Origin: an uncultured Acidobacteriota bacterium
GTDB lineage: Bacteria > Acidobacteriota > Thermoanaerobaculia > Gp7-AA8
Direction of reading: 5' to 3'
Assembly (NCBI GenBank): GCA_963741955.1
Contig: CAVUKB010000006.1
Span: 448,001-512,000 of the forward strand
Length of the DNA: 64,000 bases
The notes beneath the pieces are model-generated. The model saw only the letters and a list, made by a program, of their open reading frames with translations. It was not told where the DNA came from and did no database searches. Positions 56,032 to 64,000 of the stretch are shown piece after piece. Made by a program: the position numbers and the translations under genes. Each line of letters begins with the position of its first letter. Position 1 is the stretch's first letter.

Positions 56032-56470
56032 CTACGGCTCGATGCGCTCCACCACCCAGTCGCCCATCACCAGCCGGTGCATCCGCGTTCGGAGGAAGCA
56101 GTTCAGTGCTTCCGCCGGCGTGTTCACGATCGGCTCGTTCTCGTTGAACGACGTGTTGAGCACGACCGGAACGCCGGTCTGCTCTTCGAACGACTTGATC
56201 AGCTGCCAGTAGCGCGGATTGTGCTTCTTCGAGACCGTCTGCAGACGCCCCGTTCCGTCGACGTGCGTCACTGCGGGGATCTCGCTCCTCTTCTCAGGAC
56301 GCACCGGGTAGACCTTGATCATGAACGGATCGGGGTAGGAGATCGTGAAGTAGTCGCCGGTCCGCTCCTCCAGGATCGAAGGAGCGAAAGGGCGGAACGG
56401 CTCCCGCCTCTTGATGCGCGAGTTGAGGACGTCCTTCATTTCAGCTCGGCGCGGATCGACCACGATCTGC
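56032..56470 (-). pseudogene. C-terminal fragment of NodU/CmcH-family carbamoyltransferase
   Basis: DPR...LNSRIKRREPFRPFAPS, PAVTHVDGTGRLQTV, LNTSFNENEPIV; N-terminal domain absent. Confidence 0.8.
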
Positions 56471-56543
56471 CAACCCGAATCCATTGCACGAACCTGTCTC
56501 CGCCTGCCGGTGAACCGGTGACGCGCCAGGAACTTTAGCGTGC

Positions 56544-57407
56544 TCAGCGTACGACGTCTCCGCCGCACGCCGGTTGTACGTCGTCGTCCGCTACCAAGAT
56601 CTCACACGACCGTCGTAGCTCCCGCACCTTCATATCGATCATCGCTTCGTAAATCGACATGAGCCGCGAGTATTCATATCCGGCGCGACCATCGAGAAAA
56701 CCTCTCCTCAATACATACATGTACGCGAAGCGAAGGAACGGCCGGAACGGCAAATGAAATCCGAGCGCCTTCAGCGCGCGCCGGCGCAGTGGCGCGTCGC
56801 GCGCTACCAGCTGCGACAGTCGCGGCCAACCAACGACGGTCGCGTGCCGCGCCTCGTCGGTCGAATATCGGTTGTGCCGTTCGAACCAGTCGCTGAGTCC
56901 TTTCGAGAAAAAGTAGTGAAGATAGTTGTTGCGAAGCGTCGCTAGCCGCTGACCCTCGCCTTCCCGCTGCCCATGACCGACCTGCTCGAAGCGGAAGCCG
57001 TCCCTTCGCGTCAGCCGCACCTGGTGGACCGGAAACATCCCCGAGTGCTTCAGCCACTTCTCGCCCATCATCATCCGGCCGGCGATCCGATAGCCGTCGA
57101 TCGCCGGATCGTTCCCGAGCGCGGCGATTTCGTCGCGCAGCTGCGGCATGACGACCTCGTCGGCATCGAGGTGCAGCACCCAGTCGTGACGCAGGCCGCA
57201 CTCCCGCAATCCGAAGTTTCGTTGGTTGGCAAAGTCGATGAACTCTCGCTGCACCACGCGCGCGCCGAGACGCGTCGCGATTTCAACTGTCCGGTCGCTG
57301 CTGAACGAATCGACGACGACGACGTCGTCGGACCACGAGAGCGCGTCGAGGCAACGCCCGATGTTTTGCTCCTCGTTGAGCGTGAGGATCAGCACGGAAA
57401 CCTTCAT
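56544..57407 (-). CDS. GT2 glycosyltransferase
   Basis: VSVLILTLNEE, VVDSFSSDRT, FANQRN, LDADE, HNRYS, RGFLDG. Confidence 0.92.
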   Translation of the reverse strand: MKVSVLILTLNEEQNIGRCLDALSWSDDVVVVDSFSSDRTVEIATRLGARVVQREFIDFANQRNFGLRECGLRHDWVLHLDADEVVMPQLRDEIAALGNDPAIDGYRIAGRMMMGEKWLKHSGMFPVHQVRLTRRDGFRFEQVGHGQREGEGQRLATLRNNYLHYFFSKGLSDWFERHNRYSTDEARHATVVGWPRLSQLVARDAPLRRRALKALGFHLPFRPFLRFAYMYVLRRGFLDGRAGYEYSRLMSIYEAMIDMKVRELRRSCEILVADDDVQPACGGDVVR

Positions 57408-57958
57408 CGAAGACGCGGCCGCTCCTTCTGCTTTTCCGCCGGATTGCCGGCGTAGATCGTCCATGGGTCGAGATCGCGAAACGCGACTGCGCACGCCGCG
57501 AGGATCGTCCCCTCTCCGACCGTCACGCCGGGACCTACGAACGCACGCGCGCAGATCCAGGCGTCATCGCCGATCGCGATCGGCGGCGTCACGAGCGGCA
57601 TCGCCGCCGTCCGGTAGTCATGTGTTCCCGCGCAGAGGTAAGCCTCCTGACTCACGGTCACGCGGTCGCCGATGGTGATCGCGCCGAGGTTGTAGACGGT
57701 TGCTCCGTCGCCGAGAGAGGAGACGCTGCCGAGGGTGAGCTTCCACGGGTAGTAGACGGTGGAGGTTCTCCGGATCGTACAGTGATGACCGACGGTCGCG
57801 CCGAAGCGGCGGAGGAGGAACGCCCGCCAGCGGTTCGCGGTGTGCAGCGAACAGCGGAAGAGCGTCGACTGGACGAGCGCCCAGACCGCACGCTTCAACT
57901 TTTCGCTCATCGGAACCGGTGACACGATGCGCCGGACGGCATCGTCGTGAGTGGTCAT
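57404..57958 (-). CDS. wcaF: WcaF-like hexapeptide O-acetyltransferase
   Basis: WRAFLLRRFGATVG, YPWKLTLG, VSQEAYLCAGTHDY, FVGPGVTVGEG, AGNPA. Confidence 0.85.
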   Translation of the reverse strand: MTTHDDAVRRIVSPVPMSEKLKRAVWALVQSTLFRCSLHTANRWRAFLLRRFGATVGHHCTIRRTSTVYYPWKLTLGSVSSLGDGATVYNLGAITIGDRVTVSQEAYLCAGTHDYRTAAMPLVTPPIAIGDDAWICARAFVGPGVTVGEGTILAACAVAFRDLDPWTIYAGNPAEKQKERPRLR

Positions 57959-59052
57959 GCGGCGCCTCCTTCGATCAGCGAACGGTAGAGGGTCTCGAAC
58001 TTTTCGGCGACCGACTCCCACGAGTAGCGCTCCGAGACGAGCGCGCGACCGCGCGCGCCCATCGCGCGAAGCTCCGAGACATCCGTACGGATCGCGGTAC
58101 GCAGCGCCTCGGTGATCGCTTCCACGTTCGCGTCGACCCACCAGCCGCAGCGCTGCTCTTCGATCTCGCGCCACGGCGTCCCCTTCGTCGTGATCACCGG
58201 AACTCCCGTTGCGAGCGCCTCGGCGATCGCCATCCCGAAGTTCTCGCTATAGCTCGGCAGGACGAACAGATGCGCACTCTGCAGCAGGCGCCACTTCTCT
58301 TCGTCGTCCACTTCGCCGCGCAGGTCGACGATGTCACCGGTGCCGGCGCGGGCGATCGACGACTCGAGCTCACGCCGTGACCCGGCGTCCGGACCGGCGA
58401 TCACGAACCGCCAGCCGGAGGTGCGAAGCTCAGCAGCCAGCACCTCGATCGCCGCAATCAATAGAGAGAGCCCTTTGATGGGATGGAGCCGCGCGATCAC
58501 CACGCCGCGGCGCTCGCCACCGAACGATGCTGCGGCGGCGGGAATGAGCGTGCCGTTCGGAATGGTCATGACGTTGTCGAATCCGCGTGCGCGCAGGTTC
58601 GTCTCTTCAGCGGCCGACGTTGCATGAATCATCGATGCGTGCAGCAGGTCGCCGCGCTGATACAGCCGCCACGCCAGAACTTTCTTCCACTTCCGGTGAG
58701 CGAATGCCGCCGGTTCGAGCATTCCTCGTGTCGAGACTACGACGGGAGTAGCGGTCGAATGGACGAAATTCTGCAGACGGTGAAGTGATGGACTCCAGAT
58801 GCCGTGAAAATGAATGACATCGCGGGCGCGCAGGGAGAGGCGCGCGCCGCGTGATCTCCGGGAGTAGCTGACAACTTCGACACCACGCCGAATCGCTTCC
58901 GCTACCTGCTCCGATAAGGGTGCGGAGTCGGAAGAGTGCAGAATGAGATTCTCGAGACCGCGTCGCGACAGCGCGCTCGCAAGTCGAGGAACCGAACGGC
59001 TCGGACCTCCGTGGTCGGAACGAAGACTCCCGATGACGTGAACGATCTTCAC
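57955..59052 (-). CDS. GT4 glycosyltransferase
   Basis: GGPSRSV, HFHGIW, RGMLEP, RLHPIKGL, LPSYSENFGMAIAEALA. Confidence 0.92.
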   Translation of the reverse strand: MKIVHVIGSLRSDHGGPSRSVPRLASALSRRGLENLILHSSDSAPLSEQVAEAIRRGVEVVSYSRRSRGARLSLRARDVIHFHGIWSPSLHRLQNFVHSTATPVVVSTRGMLEPAAFAHRKWKKVLAWRLYQRGDLLHASMIHATSAAEETNLRARGFDNVMTIPNGTLIPAAAASFGGERRGVVIARLHPIKGLSLLIAAIEVLAAELRTSGWRFVIAGPDAGSRRELESSIARAGTGDIVDLRGEVDDEEKWRLLQSAHLFVLPSYSENFGMAIAEALATGVPVITTKGTPWREIEEQRCGWWVDANVEAITEALRTAIRTDVSELRAMGARGRALVSERYSWESVAEKFETLYRSLIEGGAA

Positions 59053-60878
59053 GGTCGCGTTGCTGCCCGAGTTCCGTCAAGATGCCGCGCGACCGTGAGC
59101 AGGCGGAAGAAATCATTCGGCTGTGGCGCCCACTCTCGGCAGTCTCGATCCCACGGGTTTGCTCCCCAGGCCGCCGAAACGAGCGATCGGGTTTCATGGC
59201 TCGTCGTCTCCCACTGTTCTCGAAGGGATGAACTGTGGTCGAGGTACCAGGCGAGATTCGGCCAGGACCCGTCCGTCGACAGGCCGTCGGTGGGCGTCCG
59301 TCGTCTGCCCGGAATCCGCCTGCCGATCCACCCTGCCGCGAATCGCGCGAGTTTCGCGGTACGTCCCGCACCGACGCGCCAGCCGAAGTTCGCATCCTCG
59401 ATCTCACCTCCGCGTTTCGCGAGGCTGCGAACGACCCGGCCCCAGACTTCCGAATTGATCTTCCACTCCGCCCGCATTCGTGAGTAGCAGTCCGAAACCC
59501 GAATGTCCGCGAGAAAGGTGTCGTACGGAAAGGCTCGGTACATCACCTGCCCCGAGACCGAAACCGTGTAACAGGCTGGGCGGATGCGGCGATCTTCGAC
59601 CAGCAGCCAGTCGCGATCCTCGGTCAAGTGAACGGGCGTGCCCGCAAACCACTCCTCACGACGGGCCGTGACCTCGTGTGCGTACGCCGCCGGAACCGGC
59701 CGCGGCACGTTGGGAAGAAATCCGTCCACCCGCTGCGACGTGAGAGTCTTGAGTGGAAGGTTGCGACCGAAAAGCCTCAGGTAGCGCTGCTCGAGCCCGT
59801 ATCCCTTGAAGAGCCAGTCGGTCGTGCACGCCGTGATCACGGTGCGGGCGCCGAGCCCGCGAACGAGCTCGCGCATGCCGATGAAATGATTGTCCTCCGC
59901 CGACCACATGCCGCCGGAGACTCGAACGCCCTCGGGCAGCCACCTCGGATAGTAGTCGTCGTCGCGCGCGAAGCCGACGTAGCGGCAGCCTGCCGCGTCG
60001 CAGAGCCGCTTCGCGATCGCCGCTTCGCGGTTTTCGACGTCATACAGATTGAGCCCGACGACGTTCGCTGGACGAGCGGCAGAGAAGAGAACCGCTCGCG
60101 AGTCCATTCCGCCGCTCGTAAACGAGACGACGGGCGCCAGGCGGTCGAGCGTCCGGATACGAACTGCAGCGGACACGGCGGCCGCCAGCTCCTCTGCGGC
60201 TTCTTCGATGTTGCGATAGTGCTCCGTCTCATACGGGCGCCAGTACTCGCTCCGTTCGAAACTTCCCGTTCGCAGATTCCACGTGCCGCGCGTTGCTGCT
60301 CCGATGTGTTTGATCTCTCTGTAGTAGGTATTCGGCGGCGTGACACGCCACGCGCTCAGAAACTCCGCAACGGAAACTTCGTCGCGTGACACGCTTGCAG
60401 CCGGATCGCCGGCGATCGCGTCGGGAAACGACGCGACGATGCACCGCTCGACGTCGTCGGCACGATAAGTAAACACCGGGTGGTAGCCGAAGCGATCGGA
60501 GATCACGTACACTTCGCCGCTTTTGGGATCGATCACGATCAAGACCGCCGGTCCGTTCGGTGTCCCGACGCCGCCAACGCGGCCGTTCCTGTACCTCTCG
60601 AGAACCAAGCGATTGCTCAGTCCTCCCTCAAAGGGAAGCGATTCTGCACGCAGCCACTCCGATTCGTCGCACGAAACCCGGCCTGAACTTACGACCGTGA
60701 CGCCGGTGGCCGGATCGACCGCCGGACCAAAGAGGAAGGGGTCATCGTGACCGACCCACGCAACCGAGACCGACGATCTTTCGACGAACTGCACCGCCTC
60801 GTCGAAAAACCGAAGGCGTTCAGCGGCGGCTGTGAGTCGCGCGTGGTCCCGTCCGAAAAAGAGGTAGAAGCCCGCCAT
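59049..60878 (-). CDS. Asparagine synthetase-like protein
   Basis: Ntn-like N-terminal part (DRFGYHPVF) and SGGMDSR ATP-PPase motif; N-terminal Cys absent (MAGF). Confidence 0.75.
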   Translation of the reverse strand: MAGFYLFFGRDHARLTAAAERLRFFDEAVQFVERSSVSVAWVGHDDPFLFGPAVDPATGVTVVSSGRVSCDESEWLRAESLPFEGGLSNRLVLERYRNGRVGGVGTPNGPAVLIVIDPKSGEVYVISDRFGYHPVFTYRADDVERCIVASFPDAIAGDPAASVSRDEVSVAEFLSAWRVTPPNTYYREIKHIGAATRGTWNLRTGSFERSEYWRPYETEHYRNIEEAAEELAAAVSAAVRIRTLDRLAPVVSFTSGGMDSRAVLFSAARPANVVGLNLYDVENREAAIAKRLCDAAGCRYVGFARDDDYYPRWLPEGVRVSGGMWSAEDNHFIGMRELVRGLGARTVITACTTDWLFKGYGLEQRYLRLFGRNLPLKTLTSQRVDGFLPNVPRPVPAAYAHEVTARREEWFAGTPVHLTEDRDWLLVEDRRIRPACYTVSVSGQVMYRAFPYDTFLADIRVSDCYSRMRAEWKINSEVWGRVVRSLAKRGGEIEDANFGWRVGAGRTAKLARFAAGWIGRRIPGRRRTPTDGLSTDGSWPNLAWYLDHSSSLREQWETTSHETRSLVSAAWGANPWDRDCREWAPQPNDFFRLLTVARHLDGTRAATRP

Positions 60879-62020
60879 CAATTTCTTGCCCGCGCGGTCT
60901 TGGAGTGGAGTCCCGCCCGACCGGTCCTAACGGCATTCCGTAAAGCCGTGATGATTCGGCCGTCGAATTCCTGTCGTCCGTGCCGTTCCATCGCCGCGGC
61001 GCGCACCCTGACGCGCTCTTCGGCGTCGAGAGGAACCGCGAGCATCTTCAAAACACACTCCGCAATTTCGTGCTGACTCGACGGATCCACCGTTGCTCCC
61101 GCGAGCTCGTGCCCGATCGCGTCGCGCGATCCGTCGACGTTCCCTGCAACAACTCGCGTTCCGCAGGCCATCGCCTCGAGGAAGACGATGCCGAAACCCT
61201 CGCCGCGGCTCGGCATGACGAAGACGTCGGCGAGACGGTAGTGATCGGCGAGCTCGTCGTCGGGAACGAAGCCGCAGAACGTCACGAGATCGCGAACGCC
61301 GAGCGACGTCGCGAGCGCTTCGACGCGCGCCCGGTCGTCGCCGTCGCCCGCGACGAGGTAGCGGACCGCCGGCACCTCCGCATGGATCGAGGGGAGCGCG
61401 CGCATCACGGCGTCGTACCCCTTGTAACCTTCCGACGCGCGCAGCCGCGCGACCGTCAGGAGGACGCGGTCGCCCGCCGAGAGGCCGTACCGTTCGCGGA
61501 GCGACTCGGGCGCCGCTCCGACGGTGAAACGCGCGTCGTCCACGGTGTTGCCGACGACGTCGATCTTCGACTCGCTCACTCCGACGGCGGTGACGCGCGC
61601 TTTCGTCCACTCCGAGACCGCGAGGACGCGGACCGCGTCGCGGAGCGCGCGCCGGCGCGAGCGCGAGAGTCGGGGATGGACTTCAATGCCGTGCGCGACG
61701 ACCGCATAGCGCGTCGCCGCGAGCCGCGACGCGAGGCGCGCCAGCGGCGCGAAGTGGAGATGCGTCGTAACGATGAGGTCGGGCCGCCCTCGCACCGCGC
61801 CGGCGAGAACGCGCAGAGCGAATGCGAAGCGGCGGAGCGGCGCGGGAACCGCGCCCGTGCCTTCGACTGTCCGCGCGTCCCACCCGCCGCTCGGGTCGTG
61901 AAGCGCGAAGAGACGAACCTCGGCGCCGGAGGCCTCGAGAGCGCGTGCGAGCTCGCGGCTGAACGCCGTGATGCCGCCTCCGAAGCCGATCACCGACGGC
62001 GCCCAGAGATCGACGCGCAT
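60878..62020 (-). CDS. GT4 glycosyltransferase
   Basis: AHGIEV, LLTVARL...YKGYD, FVMPSRGEGFGIVFLEAMACG. Confidence 0.92.
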   Translation of the reverse strand: MRVDLWAPSVIGFGGGITAFSRELARALEASGAEVRLFALHDPSGGWDARTVEGTGAVPAPLRRFAFALRVLAGAVRGRPDLIVTTHLHFAPLARLASRLAATRYAVVAHGIEVHPRLSRSRRRALRDAVRVLAVSEWTKARVTAVGVSESKIDVVGNTVDDARFTVGAAPESLRERYGLSAGDRVLLTVARLRASEGYKGYDAVMRALPSIHAEVPAVRYLVAGDGDDRARVEALATSLGVRDLVTFCGFVPDDELADHYRLADVFVMPSRGEGFGIVFLEAMACGTRVVAGNVDGSRDAIGHELAGATVDPSSQHEIAECVLKMLAVPLDAEERVRVRAAAMERHGRQEFDGRIITALRNAVRTGRAGLHSKTARARN

Positions 62021-63276
62021 CAGACGCTCCCTCCCTGAACGACAGCGCCGAGCGCGGCGAGGAGTCCGGCCGTCGCGGCATCGTAGGAGTAGAGTGCGAC
62101 CCGGCGCCGCGCCGCCTCACCCATGCGAACGAGGCGCTCGCGGTCGGAGAGCGCATCGGCGAGGGTGCGCGCGAGGGCGTCGACGTCGCCCGCCTCGAAG
62201 ACCCACCCCGTCTCCCCTTCGATGACGAGATCGGGTGCGCATCCGACGTGGGACGAAACGACCGCCGGGCGGGCGAGGTTCATCGCCTCGTTCACGGCGA
62301 GACCCCACGTCTCGGAAGCGGAAGGAAGGACGAAGACGTCGGACGCGGCGTAGACGAGCGGCATGCGGCTCTGATTCTGAAACGGCGCGAAGAAGACGCT
62401 CCGCGCTGCTTCGTCGCCTGCGATATTGCGGAGGCTCGTCTCAAGCGCTCCCGATCCGACGAAGAGAAGCGCCGGACGACTTCGCTCGTCCGACCCGGCG
62501 AAGGCGCGGACGAACGCCTGAAGAAGATCGACCGGCCGCTTCTTCGCCTCGAGCTTCCCGGCGAAGAGGACGACCGGGCGCATCGCACCGATGCCGAGGT
62601 CCTCCTTCCACGCGCGCGCTTCGTCGTGCGCGGATGCCGCCGCCGCGCGAAAACGTTCGTTGTCGACGGCATGCGGCGCGAAGAAGACGCGCTCGGGAGC
62701 GACGCCGCTGTTCGCGAAGTACGAGCGGTTCGCCTCGCCGACGGCGAGACAGGCGGCAAGGCGACGGAAAGCCACACGCCGCAGCGCGCCCGATACGAGC
62801 GCGCGCACTCCCGGATCGCGCGCGATGTCGTGCGAATCGCCGCGGAAGAGGATCGGGATCGGGCGAAGACGCCGCGAGAAGAGAACGCGCAGGTGGCTCC
62901 TGTAGCCGTACCCGAAGAGGAGAATTGCATCGGGCGACCACGCCGCGAGGCGGTCGACGAGCGCCGGGTTGTCGAGACCCGCGAAGTGGTGCGTTCCGGG
63001 ATCTCCGCTCCTGTTCGGCACCAGCTCCGATTCGTAGCCGTCGAGGAGAGGGACGTCCCACCGCAGCTCGACGCCGAAGTCGCGGTCGACGCGCGCGGTG
63101 ACGCCGAAGTCCCAGAGATGAAACACGCGGAGATCGAGGAGGCCGGTCGAAGCGATGTGGGCGAACCAGGGAGCGAAGTACTGGATCGGATGCGACACGA
63201 CGACGGCGAGCCTGCGCCTCCTCTCCGGCTGCATCACCGGAGTGTCCGTGACGAACGGTTGAGCGAGCGTTGCCAT
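62020..63276 (-). CDS. GT4 glycosyltransferase
   Basis: SHPIQY, WDVPLLDGY, FAGKLEAKKRP, VLPSASETWGLAVNEAM. Confidence 0.92.
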   Translation of the reverse strand: MATLAQPFVTDTPVMQPERRRRLAVVVSHPIQYFAPWFAHIASTGLLDLRVFHLWDFGVTARVDRDFGVELRWDVPLLDGYESELVPNRSGDPGTHHFAGLDNPALVDRLAAWSPDAILLFGYGYRSHLRVLFSRRLRPIPILFRGDSHDIARDPGVRALVSGALRRVAFRRLAACLAVGEANRSYFANSGVAPERVFFAPHAVDNERFRAAAASAHDEARAWKEDLGIGAMRPVVLFAGKLEAKKRPVDLLQAFVRAFAGSDERSRPALLFVGSGALETSLRNIAGDEAARSVFFAPFQNQSRMPLVYAASDVFVLPSASETWGLAVNEAMNLARPAVVSSHVGCAPDLVIEGETGWVFEAGDVDALARTLADALSDRERLVRMGEAARRRVALYSYDAATAGLLAALGAVVQGGSV

Positions 63277-64000
63277 CACTCTTCGAGGGCGAAGGGATGC
63301 TCGATCGGTTGCGGCGACGGAGCGGCCGCGGGAGCCGCTGCGACGCGTCGCCGGACGGCGACGGGCGCGAGGTGGCGCCAGATGCGGTCACCGAAGAAAT
63401 GGAGGACGACGGCGAGGACGATGAGCGACGACATCGCTCCGCCGAAAAGCTTGATGTTCGACGACTCGAAGTAGATGGCGTGACCGAGGATGAGGTTCGT
63501 CGAGACGGCGATGCCGAGGAGCGGATGGCGCGTGCGCGCGGCGAGCCAGCGGTAGGCGCACCCCCAGAAACAGCCGAGGAGGAAGATCGGGACGAACATG
63601 AAAAGAGGGCCGAAGTCGATGTAGCTCTCGGCCGCGTAGCCAAGACTGATCGACGCTCCCTCATCCGCCGTAGCGACGTGGACGCCACTGAATTCGTTCG
63701 TACGGTCCGAGTCGTTAATCACCGGCTTGTTCGGGAAGAACACCCGAGGCGTGACCACGTGCACGAGGGCTTCGCGCCACAGGCGCCCACCCTGATACGG
63801 GACCCTTCCCGGAACATTGCGTATCGATTGAGCGAAGTACTCGATATACCCAACGCGCTCGAGTCCGGAGTCGGCTCCGGCGGCCAAGTCGTCGAACGTA
63901 ATGTTGCTGATGCGATCGCCCAGGTATGCGAAGCGGTCGAGGACCGGAACGACGGCGATCTGCGCGCGGCGGCCGCCGTTTAGAAACTCTCGGTAGTCGT
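63276..64000 (-). CDS. Polytopic membrane protein of polysaccharide locus (Wzy-like?), 5' end outside window
   Basis: Frame open to window edge; PRVFFPNKP, SISLGYAAESYIDFG, several TM helices. Confidence 0.65.
   Translation of the reverse strand, partial: DYREFLNGGRRAQIAVVPVLDRFAYLGDRISNITFDDLAAGADSGLERVGYIEYFAQSIRNVPGRVPYQGGRLWREALVHVVTPRVFFPNKPVINDSDRTNEFSGVHVATADEGASISLGYAAESYIDFGPLFMFVPIFLLGCFWGCAYRWLAARTRHPLLGIAVSTNLILGHAIYFESSNIKLFGGAMSSLIVLAVVLHFFGDRIWRHLAPVAVRRRVAAAPAAAPSPQPIEHPFALEE

Overview
GC-rich bacterial chromosome window; gene content and short tandem-repeat style suggest Acidobacteriota (inference only). The first ~20 kb is mostly housekeeping and signalling: secD-yajC-tgt-lolA, M23 peptidase, GHMP kinase fusion, receiver-ECF sigma fusion, sigma54 two-component pair, tRNA-Pro, trmFO, Ku plus LigD phosphoesterase, NUDIX. 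From ~23.6 kb onward it is an almost entirely minus-strand accessory region. The best candidate for an undescribed system is a RiPP-like cassette at 23651-28154. It has an unannotated 54-aa precursor (YEKP motif, C-x8-C core, C-terminal Ser), a radical SAM enzyme, an HprK-like kinase, a SAM methyltransferase, a PqqD/RRE protein, a lasso-B2-type protease and a sugar epimerase, but no adjacent lasso cyclase. The cassette appears to end a ~12-kb operon of large secreted Fn3/beta-propeller proteins, headed by a sigma70 promoter and a GEMM-I riboswitch with the A20 variant associated with 3',3'-cGAMP sensing. Further right lies a surface-polysaccharide locus (WecA-like, PF14907-type nucleotidyltransferase, fcl, GT2/GT4s, WcaF, AsnB-like). 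It is heavily invaded by three REP/BIME-like repeat families, a REP-flanked HUH (Y1) transposase, an IS701-like element with a 21-bp target duplication inside a REP hairpin, and toxin-antitoxin modules. All family assignments come from motif recognition by eye, not database searches.
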